From the NCBI RefSeq assembly GCF_964204865.1, contig NC_135256.1, forward strand, positions 11,160,001 to 11,224,000: a DNA stretch of 64,000 nt, read 5' to 3'. The translations under genes were made by a program, and so were the position numbers. Below the pieces are notes generated by a model. The model was not told where the DNA came from and ran no database searches. It worked only from the letters and a program-made list of their open reading frames with translations. How positions within the stretch are numbered: the first letter of the stretch is position 1; each line of letters opens with the position of its first letter. This stretch comes from Styela clava (lineage: Eukaryota). Shown here piece after piece: positions 22,863 to 37,164 of the stretch.

Positions 22863-24846
22863 ATTGGCCTATTTTCTTCAAACAATTTTATCAAAAACAT
22901 GTTGATTGAACATTGCTTTGGAATTGATTATGCACTGACTTTATAATGAGTATTATCATCAAAGAGAGCTATTAATAAAGAACGAAAAGGACCTTGTGAA
23001 AAACATCTTTCAACAAACTCACTGAGAACACAGCTTATAGCAAGCACTTTGTCAATTATTCAAAGAGCAACCTACACAAAGGGGACATTGTTGACTTTTT
23101 ATGCATGTTTCGACCTTTATTTCTCATTATGTCATAACGTAAATTTTGTAAATATGATTATTTATTTTGTGAGTATGTGAGACTTTCTGCAAAATATGCG
23201 TTGCCCATGATGCAAATAATGATAATCTTGTAATGATAAGCGGAAAGTATATGATAGATATAAATTAGGTTCATGACGACGATGGAAACTTGCATTTTGT
23301 ACTCTGCTCATCATTTATATTGGTCTATTTGTTTGTTCTGGGTTGTGTACATTTTTATATGTTTTTTGTCTTGCCATTCCGCTTTTAGAGATTATTTGCT
23401 TAATTGTTTGTATTTATGTCCTAGCATTTCCAAATCATTATTCTTGTTACATGTTATGAAATTTGTGTTCTTCACATTCAAGTTTTCAAACAAAGTCTCA
23501 CATGAAAAAGAGGTTCACCACGCAAAGGCATCCCACACCTCAGAACGTCAGTATACTGTGAACATCATATATGTAACTTTGGCCGCTTTTTGTTAATTTT
23601 TAGTGAGCATATTATATTGAAATGGTAATAATTATCCATGTCTTTTTGGATTTTTTATTTATTTTCCCACATGTAGAAGTTGTAATTCCTTTTCTAAACA
23701 ATTTTGATTCACAAAAATATCATTTTATGTAAATTTCAAAATCACACAACTCAAAGTTCAGACTTTATAAATGGGAGCTTAGTTTAAATGTGTAGAAAAA
23801 ATTGAGAGGATGGCCAAATAATTCAACAATGTAAACAGAAAATTAATAAGGTTTATGCTTTTCTCAAAAAAATTTTGTCAAAATTTGGGCAGGTTAAGGG
23901 TTGGTATTTTGATTCCGAATTCTTTTAAACTGGAAGTAAATTTTATTAAAATCTTCGATTATGATTCTTGAACTTCATGCGTCCTTTCCATAATTCCATT
24001 GCCTTCATTATATTACAAGTTGAAAATTAAAATACATCTGGATTCTCCGATCATAAATTGTTTCAAAAAATCATTTCTTGGAAAAAAGACCAAGATTTTC
24101 TTTGTGGTGTGGCTTGGCAATTTTGGATTATCATTAAATTATTATCAGATTCAGGATCCTCCACATTTATATTTATCCATTGTATTGACGTGAAAACACG
24201 TACTATTTTCTTTCAAAACCATATCATGTTCTATCGTTCTTGTTCTTTTGATCTTTCTCTAAATAAAATAGAATCGAATATACAGTTCCATGACATGATT
24301 TATCTTGAAATTCATCCTACTTACCTAAGGCCCAGTTGGAGTAAAGTCTGAAAATGTAAAAAGCCGCTGAGAGCAAATTCCAGAACTCGTCACAGGCATG
24401 TGGATGGTTTGAAAAACTGCGCTTGGACCGAAGTACGCCTCTGACTGCTATAGGATTATGAAGTAACGGAGCTAGGAAATAAGTCATAAAAGGGTATTTC
24501 ATTAAATTCTTGATGAAAATTCAAACAGTAGTTTATTGTCATCGGATCAAAATTTCTTTTCTTGTCAGAAAATTTGGTAAACCGTTGCATGTTTGAAAAA
24601 GTTGATCCAAAAGTGTGTATGTGGGTCATATGCAGTGACAGAAGAACCATTAAGCAAAATAAGCACGTGATTCGGGCACCAAGAAAAGGGTGCATCACAG
24701 AAATTTCAATACACGTCATGCAATAGGATAAGGAATGCATTAATATTGGAATGGAGTAATAGCCTACTTCACATTCAGTAGCGTATATGTCATCAGAATC
24801 TGGGGAAAAAATAACGTATGGCCTAAGAATGAATAGTACATCCCAT

Positions 24847-25019
24847 CGGTGACCGTACATTTGAATCCATGTGTATATTCGCGGGTTCAATCTATATGCG
24901 GGTACTAAACCCATGGGTTAGAGTTAGTATGTGTTCAAATATATGTGAAACAACAAAAATATCCATAGGTGCAATAGTATGCAGGTGCAATCGTCGTAGG
25001 TTCAAATGTAATGGAACCG
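24847..25019. mobile_element. MITE family D
   Basis: CGGTGACCGTACATTTGAA ... TTCAAATGTAATGGAACCG; homologous to 47117-47321. Confidence 0.85.
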
Positions 25020-25293
25020 TAAATATATACTGATGGAACCTATCACATCGCACACGCAATTTAATGCGTTTCATCTTTTACTGCCTGCGTTAGCAATCCT
25101 AATTTGTATGATATCGTTTCAATTTGTAAAGAAGTATAACGCCGCGAAAATTTTGATCTGAGATGTTTTATGATTTAAGAAACGGTAAACCAGAGATCAG
25201 GCGGTCAGTCGCTATGATTGCATAATAACGCATTTTTTTTTTTGATAAAAGTGAACTAAAATGAACCACAATTTCAAAACGGGATATCACGGG

Positions 25294-25705
25294 CAGGGGC
25301 GTACCAAACTAGTCTGCTACCCGGGGCGAGTTTCTGATAATGCTGCCCCTTATACTTAACTTCTGAAATAATTTGGGTGATGAACAGATTACAGATGTCG
25401 TTATACACGAGAATAAATCAAATAAAGGTCAAGTAAGGAAGAAACGTTTGTTTTATTAAAATGAGCATCAAAAATGTTGCAAATATAAAATATAGAAAAA
25501 AAATTTCTGGGGTCAAGGGTCGGGGAAACAACCCTTGTTCAATAACCATCTCCACAGAACACATAATGTTAGCTTTTAATTAAATAAGAACATATCTAGA
25601 AGAGCATGTGCAACAACGCAAACTCTACAGCTTGGTTCTGCTGCCCCCCTACAATGTGCTGCCCGGGGCGGTTGCCCCTTTCCCCCCCTTCTAGGCACGC
25701 CACTG
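25294..25705. mobile_element. Non-autonomous hAT element
   Basis: CAGGGGCGTACC ... GGCACGCCACTG termini; perfect 8-bp TSD ATCACGGG; subterminal GCCCC motifs. Confidence 0.9.
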
Positions 25706-25857
25706 ATCACGGGCACGAATTTTGAATACAACTGCTTCCAATCAACTCCGTATGTTCAATGTAATTTTCGGGGAAGTCTCGTCGTGGGCTGCCAAACGTA
25801 ACGTCGTTAATTAAGTAAGATTCTGATCCACGCGATCCTGGTCAGTACCAGTGGCAC

Positions 25858-26214
25858 AGGATAGGATAGGATAGGATAGGATTTACATATTTATCCCGGG
25901 GGAGAGGAAAGCCGATAAGACGGCTTATCCATATGGCGAACCACGGCCTCTCGTCCGGTTACCATTCCAAGTCGGGTATGGGATTAGTTTTTACTGTATT
26001 GTTTGTTTTTCGGAAGCATGGACTTGGTGGTGGAGGAAGCCGTAACCGACCAGCGGTTACGTGAACCACCCAACGACGGCGAGGAGTCCAGCAATCCTCT
26101 CGCACATAACCATCCCTGCATGGGATTCGAACCTGCGAACCCACGCAGAGTAATTAGAGGTGCGGTGGCGAGCGTATTCCTAACGCTTAGCCCGTTGAGC
26201 CACACCGCCGCGCC
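25858..26214 (-). mobile_element. tRNA-derived SINE, young copy
   Basis: Reverse complement of the 15316-15660 copy with few differences; (ATCCT)n tail; possible CCTGTG target duplication. Confidence 0.92.
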
Positions 26215-26289
26215 ACAGGGAAAGCGAAGGGACATGGTCAAATATTAGGCCAGTTATGACGGTGGGCTCGAACCCCACAAGGTAAACAG

Positions 26290-27745
26290 AGATGTAGGGA
26301 TGGGCCTGCAGGCAAGGCAGGCGGTTGAGGGCAAAATGGAAGCTGAAGAGCAAGTGATAGGGGCAGCCAACAAGGCGACCTAGCTGCAGGTATGTGGTCG
26401 AGGGAGAAAAAGGAGCCGGAGAGCATCCAACAGGGCACAGACTGAGCTGCAGGGATGGACCAGCAGGCAGGCAGTCGAGGGGGAAAGGGAGACGAATAGC
26501 CAGCGAGAAAAGAGCAGCCAACAACGCAGGGATTGGCCAGCAAACAGGAAGACCGAGCCGCAGGGATTTGCCGAGGGAGGAAAGGCATGCAAGTGAGCCG
26601 AGGGCAGGTGAGAGCCGTTGGTGGGATTGTGGCAATCAGGCATAACAAAGGTCCGCGCTAATAGAAAAATAAATAGAGGAGCGAGCAAGCAACAAGGTAG
26701 ACTGAGTGAAGCCCAGGGATGGGCCGGCGGGCAAGCAAGAAAAAGGGAGCCGAGAGCGAGCAGCACCCAACAAGAAGACCAAAGCGAGCAGAGTAAATCG
26801 GTGAAAGAAATACATACATTGCCGACAACTGGCGGGAAGTATGACAGCATAAAAATAGTCCGCACTATTAGAAAAATCCCCCTACATCCAGGAGATATCA
26901 TATCCATCATCATCATTATTACGAGCCAGTCAAGAAATACAAAGATGATCAGCGGGAGGAGGCGATTGGGGCAGAGTTCAAAACGGATATTAGAAATCGG
27001 TGAAAGGGTTAATTAATGAAGAAGAGTACTAGCGGGAGTGTGGCGACAATCAGGCATAATAAATAAAAGTCCGCACTAATAGAAAAATCCCCCTACATCC
27101 TCCAGGAGATATACATTATCTATCCATCCGTACATTAACAAACGAGCCATTGGGGCTGGTGTAAAAATAGAAATCCGCGGAAAAAAACAGTCTGCACGAA
27201 TAGAAAAATTAGCGGAGCTTGCCGGAGCGTCAGTCAATGATGCCCCCGAGTGGCAGTGAAAATACATTAAATCAGTGACGCTGGCTTGAACTACAATCAG
27301 ACATGAGAGGATAAAATAATGAAAAAGCAAAGTTGCGGAAATAAATAGATGGCGTTGCGATCCGCAAGCAAAAAAGGAGGCCTAAGAAAAAGATGAAGAT
27401 GTGAATCGGAATGAAAGAAAAGTGTCTCGCTACTGCGAGGAAAAAATAATAAAATGCAAGAGCAGTCAAGGAAAAATATGAAAGATTAAAGCAAGAAAAA
27501 TATTAAGATGAGAAATGTGAATCGGAATAAAAAAAAAATTGCTACTACGAGAAAACAAATATAGCAGTTAAGGAAAAAAAATGAAACATTATTCAAAACA
27601 AGTTGTGAAGTTGAAAACAGCGAGTAATATACCAAGTTTAAGGAAATAGTAGGGAGGTTTAGAGCAAGAAAAAAAAGATATTACGATAAGAAATGTGATT
27701 CGGAATGGAAGAAAAGAGACTCCGCTACCGCCAGGAAAAATATTG
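26290..27745 (+). repeat. Purine-skewed block made of three successive families of degenerate direct repeats
   Basis: GC-rich units (GCAGCCAACAA..GACCGAGCTGCAGG..GTCGAGGG) x3; GTCCGCACTAATAGAAAAAT x4; GAAATGTGAATCGGAAT..GCTAC x3. Confidence 0.75.
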
Positions 27746-30700
27746 AACGTATACCCACATTCGCTGCATACTTCGTCGCAAACGAAGAGTCCAGAAATCC
27801 GCTCGCACACAATAAACATTTTAAACGGATTTCAAAATGCAATGAATTGTTTATATTTTATTAGCCGTATGAAATCAAGGGAGTTCTAAACAGGCGAATA
27901 TAACCCCAGAAGTACATTCTAACCTTTATGATGTTGATAAACCCTTTCGCATAATCGGAAGTCCTATCTCTACCAGATTCTGACGCAATGGCTTTTTTGG
28001 TAGATTTATGAAGGAGAACAATAATCCTATGAAAGTCAGACGCCCAATTCCATCGAGAATTATGCTGTGGAACATTTGTGTTCATAATAAACTGTCTACA
28101 TTTGGGTTCGAAATGAATTGCATTATAGGCATATTGTCACGGTACGGAGATGTTGCTACCGCGGTTGTAGATGAATCAGAAGACTCAAAGGTTCCGGATT
28201 GGTAGTTTATTGTATGGCAACTCCAATATCAAACTTAAAACAGCATGATAGAACACATCACTAAAGAATTGAAAACATGTCCGGCCGCCAGCGCAGCGAC
28301 CGGAGAAGAGAGATCGAAAGACAGTTTTTGCCTCACATGTAGTGAGTGGTCGGAGTCCAAATCCGACAAAACAGCATTAAATAAGGGTCAACATAACAGT
28401 TTATAAACATAAAAATATATATACGCACACAATATAAACGCGGACACTTTAGTCCGCGACAATACCACAACCCGTTTCCAAACTGGGTTGTTAACCGACC
28501 ACTATAAGGAAAAATTTGGCTTCTGCGAGCCTAGATGTTTTTTGGTAGAATGTTGTGTTCCGACTTGTAGAACCTGGCGCGAAAATTACGAAATTTCCGA
28601 TATCTGATATAGTTTGAAAATACTCAGCAGGTAGGTACGAAGTAATATATAGTGATTTTCATCAAATGAGAATATTATATTGACTATGAAATTAATTTAC
28701 ATACCGGTAGTTAGTTTAGCGACGTGTATGTATATACTAATTTGAAGTTGTAGATATTAGGATCAGTTTGTAGTACTAGATGTAACCTTTTTTTATTAGG
28801 CTACATAAGCTTTGGACGGCATCTTTCTCGATTTCATTCAAGTGTCGATTGACGTCGATATATAAAATCCTCTAATTAGTTTATGTTTTCAACAATGCTG
28901 TATGTTTCAATGGTGTAACTGTAAACGAAAAAGTAAACTTAATACGAGAAAATCGCGTTGGAAAACATTACAAATATATTGATTTTGCGATACGACTTTT
29001 AGCCCGATAAATGCCAGTGAACGAGAAGCCAGGAGAGCTGATTAAATTTTCATTGGACTTTATGACGCTTGTAAATGTGAGAAGGATAACGTCAATTCTG
29101 TTGATTAAATATTTTTCGTTGGTGTTGCTTTCAGCATTATTTATTCATGGATGAACAAAACGTGATTTCCATCGATTAGTTTATGTGTTTGCCGCCTGTT
29201 CCGGAAAGAGTGCGACTTTTTTTTAGTGGAGCGACTGATATTTCTATAAATAATAAGTTAGAAGGGAAGTCGATTTTAAATCAAGGATAGTGATTAAAAG
29301 GAACTCTTTTGAGCGAGTTTTAATTATTAGAAACTGTATATAAATAAAATATACATCCTACTCTTAGATTGAGCTGTTCGAATGTGTGTGTTTGCATATA
29401 CGTTCAAAGCGTCGACAAAACAATGTTTCGATTGTTTGAGTTGTTTACCTTGACGGTGTAATAAAATTTGGATAACTTGATATAACAGAATAGGGGAAAA
29501 GGTATTTACATAACGATTCAAATCTTGCATAAATTGATATTTATTGCTTTCGTGGCATCTACAATTCGTGTCACATATAATTTTTATTGAGTTTCACTAC
29601 TTGTATAAAATCACACCAGCAAAAGATTTTCTTGCGTTTTGAGTAAAATCTTAGATTCAAGTCTCGGTCATCCGAGTTTCGAATCTTGTCAGAATTCGAA
29701 TCAATCACTGACTTGAGTCTCAATGGCGTTTAGTTAAGTATGAGTCCGTGTCATTTCGTTTAAATTACTCGAGCATTTTGAGACTTTGATAAATAGTCCA
29801 GCCAATAACTCGAGGCTGGTTTTATCCATCAATTTTTACGTTGCGTTGAAATGTCAGTTGAAACTCTGTGTGAGTTCTCAAATTTTGTATAGGCGGCCTT
29901 CGTTCTGAATCAGCGCCAGGCTTGCAACAAATTTTTCGTCGACAAATGTGGCTTATATATTTGTTTGACTTTTCCATCCGGTCATCACGCGCACCATCCA
30001 TTTTGGAGGAAGCGTTTTATATTGGATAAAGAACGCATGAGTGAGTCAAAGATGACTAAAAGGCGGGTCATATCAAACTAAGATTTTGCACCAGTAATGA
30101 AATGTTTAATTAATTTGGACATCTGTGGAAATGGCTCTGAAATTTTTTTTCTAAAAATCATTCTGGACATTTATCTGAATGCCAGACATTTCACTTGGCT
30201 CAATATGAACTGGCCAACTTACGTCCCAAATCAACTCATCGCGCTTTGAAGATGTAACAACTTTTCGTGTATTGGGGGTCGCAGCCAGTTTGTTATCAGA
30301 CTCTTACTTTTTCTATGAGGGCTTAAATTAGAGTTTTATTTACTTCGCATTTCAGTGCAAGTTTTTGTAAGGCGAAAATTGCATAGTCTTTCTACTCGAT
30401 TCCATTTTTTCGTTTGGGGAGTATCCATCTCTGCCTTTCGTTCACGATTGACCTCGGTCATGCCAAGCTTTCTGATATCTGATGACTGTCTTATACGCCG
30501 CTATACGAAATTAATTCAAGATGACTCCGACGCCTTTCTCATTACGAATAATGAAAAAAATTTCAATTTTTCTAAATCATCCTTATTCGAGTATGAGGTC
30601 GATAAAGTCTGAGTTCCAGTACTCGCGGTAAACAGCTCTCAGTCTTTAGGATACTATCGCGAGTCAGGCAGTCTGAATAAGACAACATATGAGGTTTGTA

Positions 30701-30812
30701 TATTTGTTTCAATTACTAAAATTTGTAATGCAATTTTATTTTCTATATTTTCCATTATGTAATATGTTGGGCGAGCGAAGATATACATAATGACAGTCGA
30801 CATCACGTAGAA

Positions 30813-31129
30813 CAGGGCTACTCAACTATTTTTACCGAAGATCCGCATACAGAACTTCAAAAATATTTGGGTCCGGTCTTTCCAGAAATTATATTTCGGC
30901 ATCTTTACACACGCACTTCCTCGGTCGACTAATGATTGTTAGTTAATCAAGATTGTTTATTATGGCGTTATAGTTCCTCCCCATTTATATTTAAATCTAT
31001 AAAAGTGATTTTATAAAAGGAAACTTCAAAAGTGGGGCTAATGATCCAAAATAAAGAATTAGACGCGGTCCGAATTGAATACCCGAAAGGTCCGGATTCG
31101 GACCGCGGTCCGCCAGTTGAGTAGCCCTG
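30813..31129. mobile_element. Non-autonomous hAT (Charlie-like) MITE
   Basis: 15-bp perfect TIR CAGGGCTACTCAACT; perfect 8-bp TSD ACGTAGAA. Confidence 0.93.
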
Positions 31130-31696
31130 ACGTAGAACATTCAGTTCAACATGGCAAAAACGGAATTTTTAGTTCAGACTTTTGATGATGTATGCATATT
31201 AATAGAAGTGAAATTAGTTGCCCTCCCTACCAATCAGTCATTGAAATTGTTAATGAGAGTATGGTTGAACTCAGCGGAAAGAATGTAGAGGCTACAGAAC
31301 CGGCAATGTCTTTCCATTCAATACTAATGAAGTTGGCTTTAGATGATGCGCGTGTAGAAGACTTTTTCTTAGTAGTTTCTTAGTTTATTTCAAGCGCGTT
31401 TTTCTTCACTTGGCTCAAAATTCGAATTTTTCGTTTTTATATAAATTGCCATTCTGTTTTCAATGCTATCGGCCGAATGTAATATAAATTGGTGAGATTA
31501 TGCTGGCAAAAATTGTAATCCGCTTCTCCTCAAACTAGGCTATGATCATGTTTGACCTCTACGTCATTAGCACGCTGACTTGTCGCCCTCGAATAATTTG
31601 ATACATAGCTTATCGGTATGTGGTGATACAGGCAATATAACAGCTGCGTAATCATGTCGTAGCGAATATGCGATTATCCGGATTTCGCTTAGAAGT

Positions 31697-31840
31697 GCTG
31701 CAGCAAATGGGATCTTATAAAATTGATTTGAAGTAGTAGTCCAATATTATTGCACGATGTTGTGTCTGTGTAAGCCATGCTGTAGCAAATGAGATCTAAT
31801 TAAATTGATTCGAAATGGTAGACTAATATTGTTACATGAT
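31697..31840 (+). repeat. ~82-bp imperfect tandem duplication
   Basis: TGCTG(C/T)AGCAAATG(G/A)GATCT..AAATTGATT(T/C)GAA..GTAG..AATATT(A/G)TT occurs twice. Confidence 0.8.
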
Positions 31841-34800
31841 AGAGGATATTGTGTCAGTAATAGCTTTAATATAGACTGCACATCAAAGATTTGTTGAGTC
31901 TTTTTCGAAAAATTCTTGGAAAAGTAGCCATCTAAGATCGACTGTAGACGATAGATTCATTGTCAGATTCAGACTAATTTTATTATTGTTCCGTGCTCGA
32001 CAGTTCAAATTTTCTGATTGAGACATGTGAAGTGGCGAAGCAAAAAGAATGTGCCGACACACAACTTCTTGAGTAGCCGTGTTGAGCGCACCATGAGGCC
32101 GACAGAGAAGTGAATGTAATTGACGTAAAGAGGTTATTGTCTGAGCTATGTATTGAACTAGGAATCTTTTTGAGTAAATCTAGTTCAACTATAGACACTA
32201 TTAGGAAAAGATAAAAGTAACACTACGTTTGCGCATAAATTCAGATAATTGAACAACAAATTTTAACCTATTTTTCGATATTTGTAAAATACGGTTTATA
32301 CTATGTTTCATTATATACCGATTTTGAAGGCAGTTTGTACCGATCTCTACAATTTGTAGTCTATAGTATTCGATTAGTGTTCTCGATTTCCGCCGATATT
32401 TCACTAAGATATATATATATATATTAATAGTAATATCGTACCAATGATTATATTGGGGAAGCGGAAACGTAATAAAAACCCTCGTTAAAAACTGAATATA
32501 TACTACAAATGCGATTTGGATATCGATTCGATATGGATTGCGATGGGGATATATAATTTGTTGCATTTGACGTCACTCCGTTTAACGTCATCAGGACACA
32601 AGGCAAGGTCGCAGAGACGTGACGCAGCCAGAGTACGATTGCAGTTGTATTTACATAAATCGTGTTCTTCTGCCGCTTTTACCAAAATTCGCATGTTATA
32701 AAAAATTAATATATATATCAACATACCTTCATGATATGCATTGCCACGCTTGGCGTTACATAAGAATTCCACAAATACACAACTATGCAGAACTGTGTTA
32801 TCTACACTGTAGATATGTCTAACAGAAACAGTGTGTATCGTTTTTATGAGATTCACGGCAAAATTTTGTTAATTCAGTATACGTTTTTTTTTACAAATTA
32901 GAGTCTTTTGTATGTCACTGCTGAGTTCACATAATTATATCGAGGTAGGAGGCGCAGTTACTTGTCACGTAGGCATATAATGGAAAGAGTAGTCGTAAGA
33001 TCGACATACTATAAAATTTGAACGCCAAGTTAAAGCGAATCATTCGTGACCAACTGAAAGAGAAGCAACTATCGGTGGTTAACAGAAACACTAGGCCAAG
33101 CAAACGGAACCTCGTTTATAATTCACTATCGCTAACTTTCGATTGCTACTGTCGAGCATCAATTGCTAAGATTAAAATTTGCATTCTTGAAAAAGTAACT
33201 CTGGCACAAGAAAATAGATTTCGTTTTAATCATTCATTTAGTTAGAAGCATAAACTAGATTCAGGAATTAAAAATAGGAGTAACTGCAAACATTTCACAT
33301 ATTTTTGAATCAAATCAATTACATTCTTATCTTAGATATCTTTGTAACGATTTAAATAGCTTCAGTGGAGGTAATATTATACAACCGGCATCTAGCGCGG
33401 CAGATTCTATTACTCTATTGTTTATTGGAAATGATTCTATTTTGATATCGTCGCTTGAGTTCAGGACAAAAGAAGCTCACAATTTGTGCAATATACTTTC
33501 AGAACAGAACATGTTCTGCCTATTGTGATGTCACACAGCAGTCGAACATAACTATTTTGTTCTATAGATATAAAATTACAATAAGAGTCCATTTATCGTT
33601 TCATATTTTAGATATAGATAACTTATAGTATCACTAGTAACAGTAAGAACGCTTGTCCTCGAGAAAGTATTCCCGAGAGGTCATTTTAAAATAGGTGAAT
33701 CACCAAGGACAGGACATCAACGCTGTGATAGAAGCTGTTCGTTCCGTATCCGGTCATTTTTTAAACCAGAGGACAGAATGATGATCGGAAATGCATTATT
33801 TTAAGTTGTTCACCTTCAAGTGTTTCATTGATTGTTTTTAAAAGGAAGCACAGAAGACAGATTCTCAAATATCTTGAGAAATCCAAAGGACCAAAATTTT
33901 TCGAGGAAACGGATTTTTTCAGAATAAAAAAAATTATTATTTTTGAAACGTAAGTTTACCTCTTTATTTCACTTTATACATGTATAATATAAATCACATT
34001 TTCACATATTTCAATTTAAACCAAACTAATTTGGGAAAAATTTTCAAGTATTGAACGAGAAGTACCGTAAGTATATCTGATTCTTTCAGGAACAGTAATT
34101 TCAATTGTCAAAACAAACTCGATATTTTTCCACTTGTTTAATCATTGGTTCTCAAACTTTAAAAAACAATGCGCAACGGTCTCTTTTCAATTTTTTTTTT
34201 AAACTTGCGGAAGACTCCACTAAAGAATTCGGAATAGCAACACGGTATCAAGCCTTCATTTAATGCATGTGGTTATTACATTCCAATGAATTGCTCGGCC
34301 ATCGGCACTTCTTTTATTTTGGGTTCTGTTCGGGACAGCGCAACACTCATATTATGTCTCATTTTCATTATGTTTCGGAATTTTGATTTAATAGCTGGTA
34401 GAGAGTATCAAAAACAGAACCGAAAACAAACATCGGAGAACTTTTCGCGCAATTCAAGTTTTGCTTCTTGCAGAAAATTGGGAATTTTTTCAAATATATA
34501 TATATACTCAAACTTTTTCAACACTTACTCGTTTGAAAACCATTTTGCGTCGGATTGTAACAAGATAGTTTCGAAGTCAATTTCTTCGCATAATTCAAAT
34601 TCAGCCAACAGACAAATTCAGTGCATCCACATGTTATGTGAATTGATTTCTAATCTAAAGTCCACACAGCACTGCGTTTTTTAGCAATTCACGACCAGGA
34701 GGTGCACATGCTTTCTATAAACAATGGTACATGTACTTGCTTCAATTTGATCTTGTATTTTCGAGAAACACTGTACTAGCAAAGACTTCAAAAGTTCTTC

Positions 34801-35586
34801 TGTGTCAAAGCCACTTCGCGGTCCTCGTAAAATTGCTTCACGGACCCCTAAGCGACCTGGTTAAACCTTCCACGCTATATTCCGTTCATTAAAAACTTCG
34901 ATCTGGCCATAATGCATAGTTTTATCAAATGAACAAAAAATGTACCATGGGATATGGAGACTGTTGATAGATATGTGTTTCGCCGCTCTGTCAGGCGATG
35001 ATATTTTAACCATTCAGTAAATGTACTCCCTGCACACATTGTACCGGTGTTTTGAATTTAATACAAGTGCTACTACGAAATTCAAAATTGTAATTATATC
35101 TTAAGGAGTACTGTTTGTCATTTTCCATTGAGGATAAAGTCACAAATTGCTAAATATATTTATAATGGGGACCATCGCCAAGTTATGCTCGTGGCGCATA
35201 TAGTGGAAACTCTACCTACGAAATTAATTCGTTCCAGAAGCCCCTTCCTTCGTAAGTATAGTTTCTACTGTATATATATATATATATATCCTATTGTATT
35301 TTCGATAAAATTTGAATGCGATCTTATCCGTTTACAAGATTGCTTCCCGTACAAAAGGGGATTTCGAAATATCGCGCGACGATATCGGGAACGTGATATC
35401 CTAACGAAGGTCACAATCACCTTGTCCTAAAGTAATTATTTATTCAAGATATAACAAACGAGAGAAACTGCACGTAGTTCGGCCCAGCCAAGGTTGTCAG
35501 GTCATATGTCAATTATTAATCAAACCATTCACTATCTAAAAAAATAAAATTGAATTTATAGACAAAAATTCAAAGATTGAAAATCC

Positions 35587-35791
35587 GGCGCTCTAGAAGT
35601 GTGTGTACTAATATGGAGGTAACTAATTTTGTTCGCCTACTTCACATAAAGTGACTGAATCCTATGAGCAGGGGGTATATATTCACTTGGCTAACATAGA
35701 ATGTCTACGAACTCGTAACAGAACTAAAATGAAGAAAATCGGAATTAAATTATGCCCTAACCCTAACCTGGTACACACACTACGGGAGATC
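35587..35791. mobile_element. MITE family A copy
   Basis: Same TIRs and internal sequence; AAAATCC on both flanks. Confidence 0.85.
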
Positions 35792-37164
35792 AAAAATCCA
35801 ACGCTTAGGTTTTTTTAAGATTTTGTCACACATACCCGTCATTTACGCCGAAATCTATTAAATTTGATAATTAATTTGTGCTAAGCACGTAACGTTACGC
35901 TCTCACATTGCGTCGCCGAATAACCAATGCGGAAACGCGGGCTTGAATTCCGTGCGGCATTGAAATACTTGACCTCGTCTTCGCGAACTATCTGGAATCT
36001 AGAACACCCACTAGTTCTCGACCAAGGAGCCATAGAATTTTTACGCAACGAAAATGGGTCACGAAGGAGAAAAGGTCGATAACCACTGATATAGAATACT
36101 GTCAAATCAGACTACTATAAGTATAATAAACTGAGCAACTGCTACAAGAACACAATGGCAACTCCATACAAATAATTATTTAAAAAAAAATTTGCATAGG
36201 TCTTCAAACAGTCGATAAATAACATTATGTAAATAAACGTATTCATCCGGGGCGGGCGGCAATTAATTTTCTCATTATACGACTGTAAATAGGACAGTTT
36301 ATTTTATCGTGTTCGCATTAAGGTTTACAACTGACATCAGCAAACTACGGCTCGCGGGCCAAATCCGGCGCTTTGGGCAATTTATTCTGGCCCGCCTGAT
36401 GCTGCCACAAACAATCTGAAATTAATTTCAACGTTTAAGTTAAATATAGCTAACGGAATTTGTTGATATTGCGATTAAATGTAGTTTTGGCACAAGGTTT
36501 ATTGTTTCACACCTTTGCTTTTGTAACATTGTAAATATTGTTGATAAATTATACCTTCCACGTCACACTTACATAGCCCGCCAGTCTGCCTGGGCAAAAA
36601 TGTTGGCCCTTGCTCCAAAAACCGTGCCCGCCCCTTACGATGTGTGTGCTATTGTTTGTTTCACACAAGGTTACCAGGTTACGATTTTTTCATCTATGGC
36701 GTTAATTGTCAAGTTGTGAAAATGAGGATTTTCTTGGCAACTCACTAGATAAAAATTATAGCACATCTCTGAAAATTTACATTTGATGAAAATATTTACA
36801 GAAACGAAATGTTTAACGATAAATATTGACTGGGTATTTTTGCTTTAACAACTTACCGACTACCGGGTTATTTTCGGCATATTAAATTTAGTTCACACAA
36901 CAGCACGAACCACGATAGACAAAGAGACTTGTTCTACGGCCCTGAATTACCAAATAACCGAGGCGGCGATTTTTTTTATATTCCAGCAGATCGTAATTCC
37001 GGCATAGACTGGTTCATCTGGACAGAGGTTCCAGTTTTAGCAAGTTTTTAACAATTGTTTTCGATTGAGATTTACCAACAAAATTGGCATTTTAAATGTT
37101 TCAAATTGCAGAAATAAGCTCCAGTACAAGAACAGGAGTAGACACAGACAGAAGAATCATAATA

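Noticed and set aside
26180-27016. Several overlapping 130-180 aa ORFs
   Set aside because: Stop-poor because of GC richness and purine skew; low-complexity, repeat-derived translations with no domain motifs.
26640-27210. CRISPR-like repeat/spacer appearance
   Set aside because: Eukaryotic context, degenerate repeats, 100-190-bp spacers that are partly homologous to each other, and no cas genes.
28500-37100. Short ORFs in the region upstream of SLC6
   Set aside because: No homology or consistent exon chain. Probably regulatory DNA, decayed MITEs and non-coding 5' exon(s) (donor-like GTAAGT at ~33949), which I cannot delimit.
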